A stretch of DNA of 57,160 bases, filler included, from Squatina squatina (Eukaryota), in assembly GCA_031763465.1 (NCBI GenBank). It is 3 parts of 3 records of this genome, joined end to end, with 100 filler letters (N's around TTAATTAATTAA, not from the genome) between each part and the next. Parts side by side here need not be neighbours in the genome. Positions count along the whole stretch, not along the records: positions 39,803 to 57,160 come from JARFOE010000039.1; 2 more parts are not named here. One strand, written 5' to 3'. Position 1 is the first letter of the stretch; every line of letters starts with the position of its first letter. Of this stretch, positions 39,703 to 51,048 are shown piece by piece. The position numbers and the translations under genes are program-made. The notes beneath the pieces are model-generated. The model had not been told where the DNA came from and searched no databases. It saw nothing but the letters and a program-made list of their open reading frames with translations.

Positions 39703-39802
39703 NNNNNNNNNNNNNNNNNNNNNNNNNNNNNNNNNNNNNNNNNNNNTTAATTAATTAANNNNNNNNNNNNNNNNNNNNNNNNNNNNNNNNNNNNNNNNNN
39801 NN
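39703..39802. other. Artificial scaffold joiner N44-TTAATTAATTAA-N44
   Basis: Identical to 17854-17953. Confidence 0.95.
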
Positions 39803-40694
39803 GGACAAGGAGCATCTGGCAGCAGGGTGGGAGGACAGTCATCGAGATCAGGCTTAGACTGCGATGATAGGCATCACCACCAGATTTTACCCCTTTTCTG
39901 GCATTGCCCTGCCCAAATTCAGGCAGAATAGCAGAGGAAAATACAGCCCAAGATTTTTAATACCCTATTGATAGGTATGGAGGAAATCAAGATGTAATAA
40001 TTTAGTTATTGCACTGAGAGGACTAAAAGTTGTGAAATATACAGTGTTAAAAGATCAGTAAATTGGAGTGATGAGAACAGCTAACAGCTGTTCATTTTAC
40101 TCGTGGAAACTTTCTGGACTGGAAAGGTCAACTGCATTTTGTAAATGGGGCTGTAATAAATTTCATTGCCACCACTTCCAAGTACTCCCGTTTCCCTGAG
40201 TAAGAACAAACACTTTATTAACTAAATGTCATAGGACATAGATGATGAAAGGTCACCCTGTTGTAAATGTAGCCCGCAATCTTTGGTACTGACATCGGAA
40301 TAACAAATGAGGCTCATCCCTGAAATTATTACTCTATTAGGTTGCAAATTTTAATAATAGCAGAGGATCACAAGTGCTTGAAAGGTGTTAGGTGACATCC
40401 AAGTGAAGTGCTAACAGGCTGAGCTTCTGCTTACACTTATTGATCTCAACTTGTATGAAATCTTTTTAGCCCTATGGTAACTATACTGATGTACTTTACA
40501 CCTGAGGCCTGATTTTAACCCGGAGCGGGAATTGGGCAGGTGAGGGGGCGAGGCAAATCGCAACCTCGCGTGACCTTGGCTATTTTAACTCCCGGGCCTC
40601 AAGCTCCTGATCAGTTGCCTATCCAAGTGGGTGGGAAGTGGCAGCTAGCTCCCAGTCCTTGGGGCTTGTATCACATGTGTGCAGCTTCACTCAC

Positions 40695-40946
40695 CATCTT
40701 CCCAATCATCATCACATAGGGTCCCAGGTACTTGTTGACGCCGAAGATGTCGAGGACACGGATGTACCAGATGATAATGTCCACACAGTAGATTACCCGA
40801 CCATAGCTCATGTAGGGTTGATTCTGGAGCCGTAGCAACACGCCACAGCTGAAGATGGCTATTGCCACCATGTCGGTGATGTTCCAATACTCCTGCATCC
40901 ACACCTTCACCTTCTGCCTCAGCTTACTCGGCTCTGACATTAGGAT
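40695..40946 (-). CDS. TRPM1: TRPM1 internal coding exon, transmembrane S2-S5 region (ILMSEPSKL...YVMMIGKM)
   Basis: 252-nt phase-0 exon bounded by ttag| and |gtgagt. [45 protein letters not shown] fits recalled TRPM1 ([17 protein letters not shown]) better than TRPM3 (LQDQPFRSDGRVIYCVN). Confidence 0.93.
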
Positions 40947-41335
40947 CTAAATTAAAAATTAATATTAAAATAAGGATGGACTTTGTCTTAACTCAATAGT
41001 CACAAATGTGTCTTCTCTGGATTAGAGTTCCTGCACACTGGTGCCGCGTTTGATGCGATGGGTTGTGTCGAGGAGGAGCATGTGGATCCCGGAGTACAAA
41101 CCTGAGTGGGACAGATGTGTCCTCGGACATTTTAATCAGTGACCTCGGACATACAGCAAATTAGTGGAATATTTAGGTCCAGAACGAAGGCATGGCAGAG
41201 AGGAGAATGAATGAAGCCTTCCGTCAATCGACAGTNNNNNNNNNNNNNNNNNNNNNNNNNNNNNNNNNNNNNNNNNNNNNNNNNNNNNNNNNNNNNNNNN
41301 NNNNNNNNNNNNNNNNNNNNNNNNNNNNNNNNNNN

Positions 41336-41474
41336 GCTTTGGCCCAAATAAATTATTGTAGAGCGTACGGAACTGTTTCCGCGTGTAAGCGCAGCGATAG
41401 GCTCCGCCCATCAGGTACTCTATGACCAACCCAATGTCAATCAAACTGATGTGGTAATCGGGGGGCAGATTCCC
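41336..41474 (-). CDS. TRPM1: TRPM1 internal coding exon, MHR region, 3' end cut by gap ([46 protein letters not shown])
   Basis: Pyrimidine tract plus acag| acceptor; peptide matches recalled TRPM1 [44 protein letters not shown]. Confidence 0.92.
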
Positions 41475-41659
41475 CTGTAAGAGAGAACAGAAACACGTGA
41501 ACATGTTTAACGCCAAAAACACAATCCCAACCGACAGGGCAGCTGCTGTTACAGACCCACTGCCAGAGCGTCCAGCCCACTGCTAGTCTGAGCTCCTTGC
41601 ACCTTCACTATATAGGGGCCGGGATCAGCTAACTAACTACAGACCAGGGAATGAACCCC

Positions 41660-41846
41660 CCTCTCCCCGGGGCTCAGTCCCACACCGGGCGGTGCTCTCC
41701 GGGGCTCAGTCCCACACCGGACGGTGCTCCCCGGGGCTCAGTCCCACACCGGACGGTGCTCTCCCGATCCCTGGGGCTCAGCCCCACACCGGACGGTGCT
41801 CTCCCTCTCCCCGGGGCTCAGTCCCACACCGGACGGTGCTCTCCCG
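41660..41846. repeat. GC-rich intronic minisatellite, about 5 visible units of 31-41 bp (CCGGGGCTCAGTCCCACACCGGACGGTGCTCT)
   Basis: Near-perfect tandem copies running into a gap. Confidence 0.93.
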
Positions 41847-42001
41847 NNNNNNNNNNNNNNNNNNNNNNNNNNNNNNNNNNNNNNNNNNNNNNNNNNNNNN
41901 NNNNNNNNNNNNNNNNNNNNNNNNNNNNNNNNNNNNNNNNNNNNNNGGGGGGGAGGGGCGGGGAGAGACCCGGGGACACTGTGAGTGATTTAAAACCGTA
42001 C

Positions 42002-42176
42002 CCTCCCTCTGCGGAGTATTTGTGTGCGAATGCCAGGATGTCGGATGCTCTCCCGCTGCCGTCACAGACCACCACCGGCACGGGGGGATCCTCACGGAGA
42101 CTCTCCAGTACGATCGATATCACATTGGGACCACCTTCCACGATCAAACACACCGCCGGCACTCCCTGCCCGAGCC
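42002..42176 (-). CDS. TRPM1: TRPM1 N-terminal MHR exon ([18 protein letters not shown]...[24 protein letters not shown])
   Basis: 175 nt between gcag| and |gtacgg; phase-compatible with the upstream exon (C|GG = Arg); classic TRPM motifs EGGPNV and CDGSGRASD. Confidence 0.93.
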
Positions 42177-43532
42177 CTGCACATGAAACGGTCAGAGAGA
42201 GGAAACCTGAAACCAATATCACAACAAAATCACAACACTTTTCAGTAACAGTGTGGGGGCTTGGCAGCGAGAGAGAGGAGTCACACACTGACCGTCCAAC
42301 CCTTCAGCCTGGCTCCAAACTCAGCCCAGACCAACGCCAAGAAAGCTCCCGCTCTCTGCTGGCTGCAAGGGCTTCAGTCACACCCTTTTCCCAGCAGGAC
42401 TGGGTCTACAGAACATACAGTCCGAATCCCAAAGTTAATCTCAGGCAACACGCCGCAAAGTGACTGGTGTGGTCGCAAGAAAGCTTCTAAAGCTGNNNNN
42501 NNNNNNNNNNNNNNNNNNNNNNNNNNNNNNNNNNNNNNNNNNNNNNNNNNNNNNNNNNNNNNNNNNNNNNNNNNNNNNNNNNNNNNNNNNNNNNNNNNNN
42601 NNNNNNNNNNNNNNNNNNNNNNNNNNNNNNNNNNNNNNNNNNNNNNNNNNNNNNNNNNNNNNNNNNNNNNNNNNNNNNNNNNNNNNNNNNNNNNNNNNNN
42701 NNNNNNNNNNNNNNNNNNNNNNNNNNNNNNNNNNNNNNNNNNNNNNNNNNNNNNNNNNNNNNNNNNNNNNNNNNNNNNNNNNNNNNNNNNNNNNNNNNNN
42801 NNNNNNNNNNNNNNNNNNNNNNNNNNNNNNNNNNNNNNNNNNNNNNNNNNNNNNNNNNNNNNNNNNNNNNNNNNNNNNNNNNNNNNNNNNNNNNNNNNNN
42901 NNNNNNNNNNNNNNNNNNNNNNNNNNNNNNNNNNNNNNNNNNNNNNNNNNNNNNNNNNNNNNNNNNNNNNNNNNNNNNNNNNNNNNNNNNNNNNNNNNNN
43001 NNNNNNNNNNNNNNNNNNNNNNNNNNNNNNNNNNNNNNNNNNNNNNNNNNNNNNNNNNNNNNNNNNNNNNNNNNNNNNNNNNNNNNNNNNNNNNNNNNNN
43101 NNNNNNNNNNNNNNNNNNNNNNNNNNNNNNNNNNNNNNNNNNNNNNNNNNNNNNNNNNNNNNNNNNNNNNNNNNNNNNNNNNNNNNNNNNNNNNNNNNNN
43201 NNNNNNNNNNNNNNNNNNNNNNNNNNNNNNNNNNNNNNNNNNGTGCGTAGAACAGAGGGTGGTTCTGGCCTGGGAATTCTGCTGTCAGCATAAGGCAAAG
43301 GTGAAATCTATTCCATTTCCCAACTTCATTTGAACCCACCATCAATTATCATAAATTTCACAATCATTCCCTTTCCCAAACAGAAAAACAGTGGAGCTAA
43401 ATTCCCTCAGTAGCAACACCATGAGGACCCGATACATCTCCAAACTTCAGAGCAAAGGCCTGTCTTGTCAGTCTGGCGAATGTCACAAAGGCCGAGGAGG
43501 TAACAAGGCCCACAGGTGAGGGGGCAAATTGA

Positions 43533-43613
43533 TGACAGCTGAGCGATCCTTTGTCCTCCTTGCCTTATCAATATTCCCAGGCATAGGATGAAAAAGGGAA
43601 GCCCACAGGTCAC
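43533..43613 (-). ncRNA. MIR211: miR-204/211 family precursor hairpin in TRPM1 intron (positional miR-211 ortholog); mature 5p at 43579-43600
   Basis: Minus strand reads GTGACCTGTGGGC-TTCCCTTTTTCATCCTATGCCT-loop-GCAAGGAGGACAAAGGATCGC-TCAGCTGTCA. The mature arm is 21/22 identical to miR-204-5p (UUCCCUUUGUCAUCCUAUGCCU); flanks resemble recalled pre-miR-211; it is sense to TRPM1, the established host gene of miR-211. Confidence 0.92.
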
Positions 43614-43716
43614 GGAGTCATGACGAAGCAGCCTTCAACACGAGTGTTACAGCAGAGCCCACCAGCCTTATTCAAGTCTATCACACTCTCTGCTGAAAAG
43701 TTGGCCCCTTCCTTAC

Positions 43717-43888
43717 GTGTGTTGATTTTCTGCAGGGAAATGTGTTTCTCCAGCTGTCGCCGGAGCCTGACCTCCGCTCCGTACTTGCCCACACTGCCAT
43801 TATCGGCCAGGATGAAGTGTGAGTGCGTGTTGCTGAGAACAGTCAGTTTGCTCAGAGGGTTGGACATCGTTTGATAGGGTCTGGTGAC
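43717..43888 (-). CDS. TRPM1: TRPM1 N-terminal exon ([57 protein letters not shown])
   Basis: 172 nt between ttacag| and |gtaagg; conserved TRPM1/3 peptide. Confidence 0.93.
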
Positions 43889-44419
43889 CTGTAACAAAAA
43901 GATCAAAAAATCAGTGAACCCCAATACCCCCGCCGTGCCCCACCCCACGATTGAATTGGACCCATTAAACATCAGGGGTTGGGGTTTCGTGGAATGAAGA
44001 ACTTTTCCACAGTGAAGAATAATTTCACTAAACTTGGAAAGATATCAACTCGGAGAGTTGCCCCAGGGATTCACAGAGCACAGGCAAGCAGTGGGTACAG
44101 GTGGCAAGGACAGTCCAGGAAATGGCTCACCCAAAGATAAGCTTGTGTCCTAGCTCTGCTGAAGAGGACAGAGACGAAGACTTTAGGGAACAAGCCTTTA
44201 AAATAAGAATGTTTTCTGTGCACTGGCAATTGCTGAATGTATTGAACCGCTGGCCATGGAGCTTCTGCAACATATCAGAGGTGTGGAGGAGTCCACTACC
44301 AATGTGTGGGGTTCTGTGTGTGGCATCAGGGGCAACCTGCATTCTGTGTGAACCCTAGATCCCTATCCTGCTGCTTTTGGTCATCGATGGGGACAGTGAT
44401 GAAAGTATTTGCTTTGCNN

Positions 44420-44890
44420 NNNNNNNNTTCCATGGCGAGCCCTGGACAACATGGATCACTTTCCATTCCTTGGGATCCTCCTCTCAGTGAGGGCAGACAT
44501 CGATGATGAAACCCAACACCGCCTCCAGTGTGCCAGCACAGCCTTCGGCCCCCTGACGAAAGAAGTGTTTGAAGACCAGGCACCAAGTTCATGGTCTACA
44601 GGGCAGCAGTGATACCTGCCCTCCTGTATGCATCGGAGACATGGACAATGCACAGTAGACATGTCAAAACACTGGAGAAGTATCACCAATGCTGCCTTTG
44701 AAAAATCCTGCATATCCACTGGCAGGATAAGGCATACCAATGTCAGTGTCCTCTCTCAGGCCAACATCCCCAGCGGTGAGGCATCGTCCGCATGCCTGAT
44801 ACAAACTCCCGAAACAAGTACTCTACTCTGAGCTTCGACTTGGCAAGTGATTACCACGAGGGCAGAGGAAATGCTTCAAGTGCGTCCTCA
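44420..44890 (+). mobile_element. RTE-clade LINE ORF fragment
   Basis: LDNMDHFPFLGILLSVRADIDDETQHRLQCASTAFG...VYRAAVIPALLYASETWT. Confidence 0.85.
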
Positions 44891-46749
44891 ANNNNNNNNN
44901 NNNNNNNNNNNNNNNNNNNNNNNNNNNNNNNNNNNNNNNNNNNNNNNNNNNNNNNNNNNNNNNNNNNNNNNNNNNNNNNNNNNNNNNNNNNAGGGTGATT
45001 GCAGCGGAGTGACAGAGGCTGGAGAAGAGAAAGTGGATCAATGGAGCGCACTCTGCCCCACTCTATAATCAGGCTTAGTGTGTGGCCTCTGCTGAAAGGA
45101 TGGAGATTTAACAAATGGTGATTGGAGATAAATCTACTTTGCAGGGCGGAGATTTCATACACACGCAGGAGTCAGATGGAAATAATTTATATTATCAGGG
45201 AAAGAGTGAATGAATGAGGCAGATGGCCAGCATTTGCTGGAATGTAGAGTTAGTGCAGTGATGGGGAAAGTGGCGAGTGCAGGCGAGCTTGCCCCCACAC
45301 TGATGCACAGCCTATGATAAAGATGGACTAATCAGAGAGAATTAGAATTTACTGAATACTACTTAACAAAATTAGTTGATACAAAATGTGGTATTACAGG
45401 GAAAGTGATAAAACCTTTACTCTGCTTCCCATNNNNNNNNNNACCACAGGGCTCATGGGATAAAAATCAGCAGCAGCATCCCTGCCTCACGTTCCCCTCT
45501 GTAACCGCAGCAACACTGATGGCACAACCCAGAAACAGGCCATTCAGCCCATCAAATCTCAACCAGCCATTTTCTCCACACAGGGTGCCTACTCTAATCC
45601 CACTCTCTAGCTCATTCCCTGTACCCTTTAATATCCCCACCCAGTCTAATCCCACTCTCCCCCTCACTCCCTGTANNNNNNNNNNNNNNNNNNNNNNNNN
45701 NNNNNNNNNNNNNNNNNNNNNNNNNNNNNNNNNNNNNNNNNNNNNNNNNNNNNNNNNNNNNNNNNNNNNNNNNNNCAAACCCTTCCTCTCTCTGCAGCCT
45801 AATGCCACAGACCGACCCACCTGCCTCTCCAGCTGGCTGCGAGCAGGAAACAGAGCTTTCAAATGCTAATCCAGTCCTGCCGTTAAATTCGGCAATGGCT
45901 GCAGGAAACTGCATTCTCCATACCGCTTTCTAGCCCCCCTGCTCCTGACCCGCCTCCTGATTAAAATTCCACCCATTGTGTCTGAAGTGGGAACTGTTAG
46001 ATTCTCCACCACCACCAGTCCTTGTCCCGAGTGAAAATTTCACACACAAAACCAAAATGGTCTCTCGCCCCAAGATACCCTCAGAAGTAGACCTGGTTCC
46101 ATCACTGCACCGGGTGTACGGGTTTATCCTGAGCATCCACTGTCCAGTCAGATGGACTGATGGCGATGGATTCTGGTCATTCAATGCTTCAGTGGTCAGA
46201 CTCCCCTGAGGATCTGTACACTGCCAGGTGTGACACTTAGCCACACTGCCCATAGGATCCCACATTCCATCCTCGGTCTGTGCTGAGTTTGGTGATGTCA
46301 GCCTGCAAAGTGAGGGAGGCTGTAATTAGCCTCAGCAACCCTAAGTTTGGGAGGGGTAGAATTAACAACTTGTATTTATATGTAGGAAAATGGCCCAAGG
46401 TGCTTCAGGAGAGTAATCAGGTAAAAAGTGAGACCGAGCCAAAGCAAGAGACGTTAGGGCAGCTGACCAAACACTTGCTCAAGAGGTAGGTTTTAATCAG
46501 GGGAGAGAGCAGCATCCAGCATGGCTGTGATGTCCCAGTGATAAAACAGCCTGGCTAGGTTCACTAGGTTCATTGGTGAGGTGCCAGATGGTGAGGGGCA
46601 TCTGTGCAACCTTTACCCCAGTGAGATTCAGTACCGGGAGGGTCAACACCTGGGCTGTGGGGGTGATGGGATGTCAGTGCCTTCAGGGGAGGAGGAAGGA
46701 ACCCTAACTTCAACGTCTCGATTATTAGATGTGTTTATTTAAATTCCAG

Positions 46750-47036
46750 GTGAGAGGCCTTTTGCATGCACTTGGCCGGACTGCAACAAGAAGTTTGCCC
46801 GCTCCGATGAACTGGCGCGACACTACCGCACCCACACGGGCGAGAAGCGCTTCAGCTGCCCCATCTGTGAGAAACGCTTCATACGCAGCGACCACCTGAT
46901 GAAGCACGCCCGGCGCCACACCAGCTTCCAGCCCAGCATGCTGGAGAGAGTGCAGAGCTCCCGACCTGGCTCGGTCAGTGATTACAGCCGATCGGACGCT
47001 TCCAGCCCAGCCCTGAGTCCTGCCAGCTCGCCCTAA
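46750..47036 (+). CDS. KLF13: KLF13 last coding exon: C2H2 zinc fingers 2-3 and C-terminal tail
   Basis: Manual translation after ccag|: [57 protein letters not shown]...[25 protein letters not shown]. The tail [17 protein letters not shown] matches recalled KLF13; syntenic between TRPM1 and OTUD7A. Absent from the ORF track. Confidence 0.95.
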
Positions 47037-47560
47037 ACACACCTGTGCCCCGTGTCTGCCTCGCCTCTGACAGTCGTACTTCGCAGTGAAGGTGAAAAAC
47101 AAAAGGGAAATTAAATTGATTGATATTGAAGGGGCAGCGTCACGGCGACCGTATCTTTCTGAAAGAGCACAGCTTTGGAAAAAAACACACAAAATAACCA
47201 CCTCAGGACAAGTTTCTGTTTTTTAAAAAAAAATTAAGACTGCACAATAGAGAAAGCAGCGCGTGGCTCAGATTTAACCTGGTTGAGTTTTTCCCTCAGG
47301 GATGATTACAAGTTTCTCCTGTACCACTGCCTTACTGTAAATATTTGCACTCTCTGATTGCATAATTTTCACTATGGATATGGGGGGAGCTCATGGCTGG
47401 ACTTCATGGCTGGAATCTGTTCTTTAAGTTTTAATGTTTGTACCAGAAGTGTTTATCACTGGCTGTTTTAACCTAAATGCTCTTCCAAGTTGCAGCATCA
47501 GTTTCACCGGTGGCCGAGCAGAGAAAAGGGACTGCGGAGGCATTAAACCCCTAGTGATCT
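47037..47560 (+). promoter_or_regulatory. KLF13: Proximal KLF13 3'UTR with cluster of miRNA seed and Pumilio sites (3' extent approximate)
   Basis: Directly follows the stop. Contains AAAGGGAA (47102), CTCAGGGA (47295), CACTGCC (47325), TGTAAATA (47336), TTTGCAC (47344) and AAAGGGA (47525). Confidence 0.6.
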
Positions 47561-47759
47561 GTCGTCCCCAGTACCAAGCACATCACTTCCAGTAGGTAAT
47601 TACACAACAATGCACGAGGTGGCGAGGTCAGAACTCTCCTCCTCTTGCCTTTATAAAGTTACAAGCTGCCAGTAAATGTTGCTCTTCCTGCTATCCAACA
47701 TTCCCCCCCCACCCGCCACTGATCTCGCCCGCTACCACCCCAGAAAATTCTGGCAATAG

Positions 47760-48245
47760 AGTACAAAAGTCAGGTTATGCTGAACCTATATATTAAAAAA
47801 AAACAGTAGTTCAGCCCCCAGCTGGAGTATTGTGTAGAATTCTGGGCACCACACTTTAAAAAGGATATGAAGGCTTTGGAGAAGTCACAGAAGAAATTTA
47901 CGAGAATGGTTCCAGGGATGGGTGATTACAGTTACATGGATAGACTTGAGAAGCTGGGGTTGTTCTCCTAAGAACTGAGAAGGCTAAGAGGAGATTTAAT
48001 ACAGGTGTTTAAAATCATGAACGGTTTAGATTCAGTAAATAAAGAGAAACGGTTGCCAGAGAAACTGTTGTCAATGGCTGAAGGGTCAAAGGCTAGAGTG
48101 CACAGATTTAACATGGTTGGCAAAAGAACCAGAGGCAACATGAGTGGTTAGGATTTGGAATGCACTGCCTGATAAGATGGTGGATACAGATTCAATCAAG
48201 TAGCCTTCGAAAGGTAATTGGATAAGGGAAGAGCGGGACTATCTC
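47760..48245 (+). mobile_element. CR1-type LINE 3' fragment
   Basis: PQLEYCVEFWAP...LEKSQKKFTRMVPGM...LEKLGLFS..RRLRGDLIQVFKIM. Confidence 0.85.
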
Positions 48246-48645
48246 TATGAAGCTCTCCGCTGGAGTGGAGCTAATCTACAGGATGAGCGGGAAACTGTTT
48301 AACCTCCGTCGCCTCCAGTCCAGAATCATGATCACCCCAACCTCTGTCATCCAGCTGCAGTGCGCAGACGACACTTACGTGTGTGCACACTCGGAGGCTG
48401 AGCTCCAACCATCGTCGATTCATTCACTGAGGTGTACAAGAGAATGGGCCTTATGCTAAACATCCGAAAGACAAAGGTCCTTTACCAACCTGCCCCCGCT
48501 GCACAACACTGTCTCCTGACTATCGAGATCCACAGTGAGACCTTGGACAACATGGATCACTTTCCATACCTTGGGAGCCTCCTCTCAGCGAAGGCAGACA
48601 TCGACGATGAAACCCAACATCACCTCCAGTGTGCCAGCACAGCCT
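48246..48645 (+). mobile_element. RTE-clade LINE RT fragment
   Basis: GKLFNLRRLQS...ADD...GLMLNIRKTKVLYQP...FPYLGSLLS; highly similar to the copy at 44430-44545. Confidence 0.88.
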
Positions 48646-50198
48646 NNNNNNNNNNNNNNNNNNNNNNNNNNNNNNNNNNNNNNNNNNNNNNNNNNNNNNN
48701 NNNNNNNNNNNNNNNNNNNNNNNNNNNNNNNNNNNNNNNNNNNNNCATTTCCCCCCCCCCCCCACCCTCCGCCCCAAAAAATAGTCTGTAGAATTGTACA
48801 AACACTTGGAGACTTAATGTTATGAACTAACAAAAACATAAAAGCCATTCAGAAAAGTTTTTTAAATATTTTAGAAGATAGTTTAAGTGCCGTCAGATGT
48901 AGCACATTGTATACTCAAGGTTATTGGTTGCTTTTGTGGAGTGAATCTTAAGTATATACATTCCAAAGGAATCCATGTGGACCTGCGTATGTACTTGCTT
49001 TGCATGGAAGCTGTTGTCCCCAGTCCCTTGTGTTTGTTGTGTCGATAGGGCCAGTGTAGCACAATAGGTACTCGATTCTCAGATCAGATAACTTCACTCC
49101 TGTACCTCTCACACACTCCGGTAGTAAATATGTCTGAAACACACGGACACACAGATACTCAGAGGTAATTTGCTTTATTTATATTTGGGTTTCTATTTAA
49201 ACTGTAAAATGCAACAGGCTGGTCCTTTTTAATTATTAAAAAAGAGGAAAATGTGTGATTAGGTTGAGTGGTAAAACATTTATTGTGTGTGTATGATAGA
49301 AGTTAAATTAATGTCACTGGCTTGTTATTTAAAAAATGTAAACTGGTAAATGCAAGATTTACTTTTTAATTTGTGTTAAACCACAAGAATTTACGTTTTC
49401 TTCTGAGATCTGTCCCTTTCCATTTGAAGATTCTGTCTACATAATTATCAAAACCCCTCTGGATTCTCTGAATTGTTCATTCACATGTGTTTTTGGTAAC
49501 TTTCTCCATCTCCCCCTGAAATGCCGACTCTCGCTGGGGTACTGGTTCCACGCGCACTGGCAGCCCTCGAATACCTCACGTGGCCATTCTTCATTTGCGA
49601 ACCTGCACTGTGAACATTAGCAACTCTTCAACCATGAAGAGCAACATAGCCAAAGCCTGTCCTGTTCTCACCAAATGCCTGTAGCCAGGGTTCACAGGAG
49701 AGTGATCAGGAACAGGAACTAATACCTTAACCGTTACTTAGGTGGCACCCACTAACTCAGAACAGACCGGGGATTGAAGGTGGGATCCTGTTTGGCTTAG
49801 TATTACACTGGCCAGTGCATTAAACCCACTGAGAAATCTAATCGCTTCAGAATAATACCCTATTATGCGGCTGTGGATTGTAACTGGACCAGTCGCTTTG
49901 TCACGGAGCAGGTAGTGAGGTGTAACTCCCAGGGCCACTGGACAGTCATGCTTGTGCCTCAGTAAGATAAGGGTCAGTTTTCAGTCCAGAGCATTGTAGG
50001 CTGGTTTCCTGCTAAAAACGGGCACTGAGGAGCCTGAAAGCCCCGAAGGTGGCCCACTGTGGGAAAGCAGGTGGAGCGGGGAGCAGGTTCGACAGGGTCC
50101 CAGACACGTCCAATACTGCCGTCACTGAGGGGGGGTGCATGGCGAGGAATGATGGCAACAGCAGAGAAGTATTCTTTGAAATTTCTAAAACTAGGTAA

Positions 50199-50430
50199 GG
50201 GGTGGGCTGGAGCAGTGGAATCGACGCCAGAGGTGGGCTGGAGCAGTGGAATAGAGAGTGTCCCCTCACTTCAGATTTGGATCAAATCTAATTCAAACCT
50301 GGGGCAAAAATCTTCGATCTGGGCAGGCAGCATTTTGTAAGGAATGAGTTTGGGATTCTCAGTCTGGTGCCTCGTGGCTGCAGGCTGAGAACTCATTTCT
50401 GCTGCCTTAGCACAAATTGGCAATCTCACT
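50199..50430 (+). mobile_element. LF-SINE-like element with duplicated 21-bp head
   Basis: GGTGGGCTGGAGCAGTGGAAT occurs twice (A-box-like); GAATGAGTTTGGGATTCTCAGTCTGGTGCCTCGTGG resembles the recalled LF-SINE core. Confidence 0.4.
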
Positions 50431-50477
50431 CCCAAATGGAAAAAATACTACAATAGTGCAGAAATCTACAATTAGCT

Positions 50478-50553
50478 TTATTCTGTATCTAACCCGTGCT
50501 GTACCTGCCCTGGGCGTGTTTGATGGGACAGTGTAGAGGGAGCGTTACTCTGG
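50478..50553 (+). repeat. Satellite-like repeat unit at gap edge (CTGTATCTAACCCGTGCTGTACCTGCCCTGGG...GTAGAGGGAG)
   Basis: A second unit (TTACTCTG) starts just before the gap; recalled as a common shark tandem repeat. Confidence 0.5.
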
Positions 50554-51048
50554 ANNNNNNNNNNNNNNNNNNNNNNNNNNNNNNNNNNNNNNNNNNNNNN
50601 NNNNNNNNNNNNNNNNNNNNNNNNNNNNNNNNNNNNNNNNNNNNNNNNNNNNNNGTAACTAATGTGCAAATCATCTCCTGGCATTTACTCTGCAGTAGTG
50701 TAATTAAAAAAACATACATGTAGGAATATAATCAACTATTTGGTAACAGTCCATGGGGTAGCAACACGAAAAGGTCTCACATCGTCCCAGGATACCGGGC
50801 ACGAATTAGGCCCTGGAGCATCAATCCTGAAGCGACAGATTCATCAAAAGGGTTTTAAACCGTTCCAATAGATCCAACTGCAGCACAGCTCCAGGACTCT
50901 CGAAATGTAATGAACAGACCTTCCTTCATGGTTTAAAGAGTTATAAATAGATGCTCTACTTATTAAATTGCTCCATCAAAATATTTGTAATTATGGACTT
51001 GGTTAATACGGAAAAACTGGAACAAAATCTTCCATACAATCTTAATGG

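Noticed and set aside
41651-42463. 270-aa repetitive + strand ORF
   Set aside because: Translation of a GC-rich minisatellite, a gap and the antisense of a TRPM1 exon.
40695-43888. Calling the channel TRPM3, or a truncated mini-TRPM
   Set aside because: Diagnostic residues and KLF13/OTUD7A linkage favour TRPM1; missing exons coincide with gaps.
46881-46905. KLF13 finger-3 substitutions ([10 protein letters not shown] versus human FMRSDHLTKH) as altered DNA specificity
   Set aside because: Base-contacting positions -1, 2, 3 and 6 (R, D, H, K) are unchanged.
46725-47201. 158-aa minus-strand ORF
   Set aside because: Antisense shadow of the GC-rich KLF13 exon.
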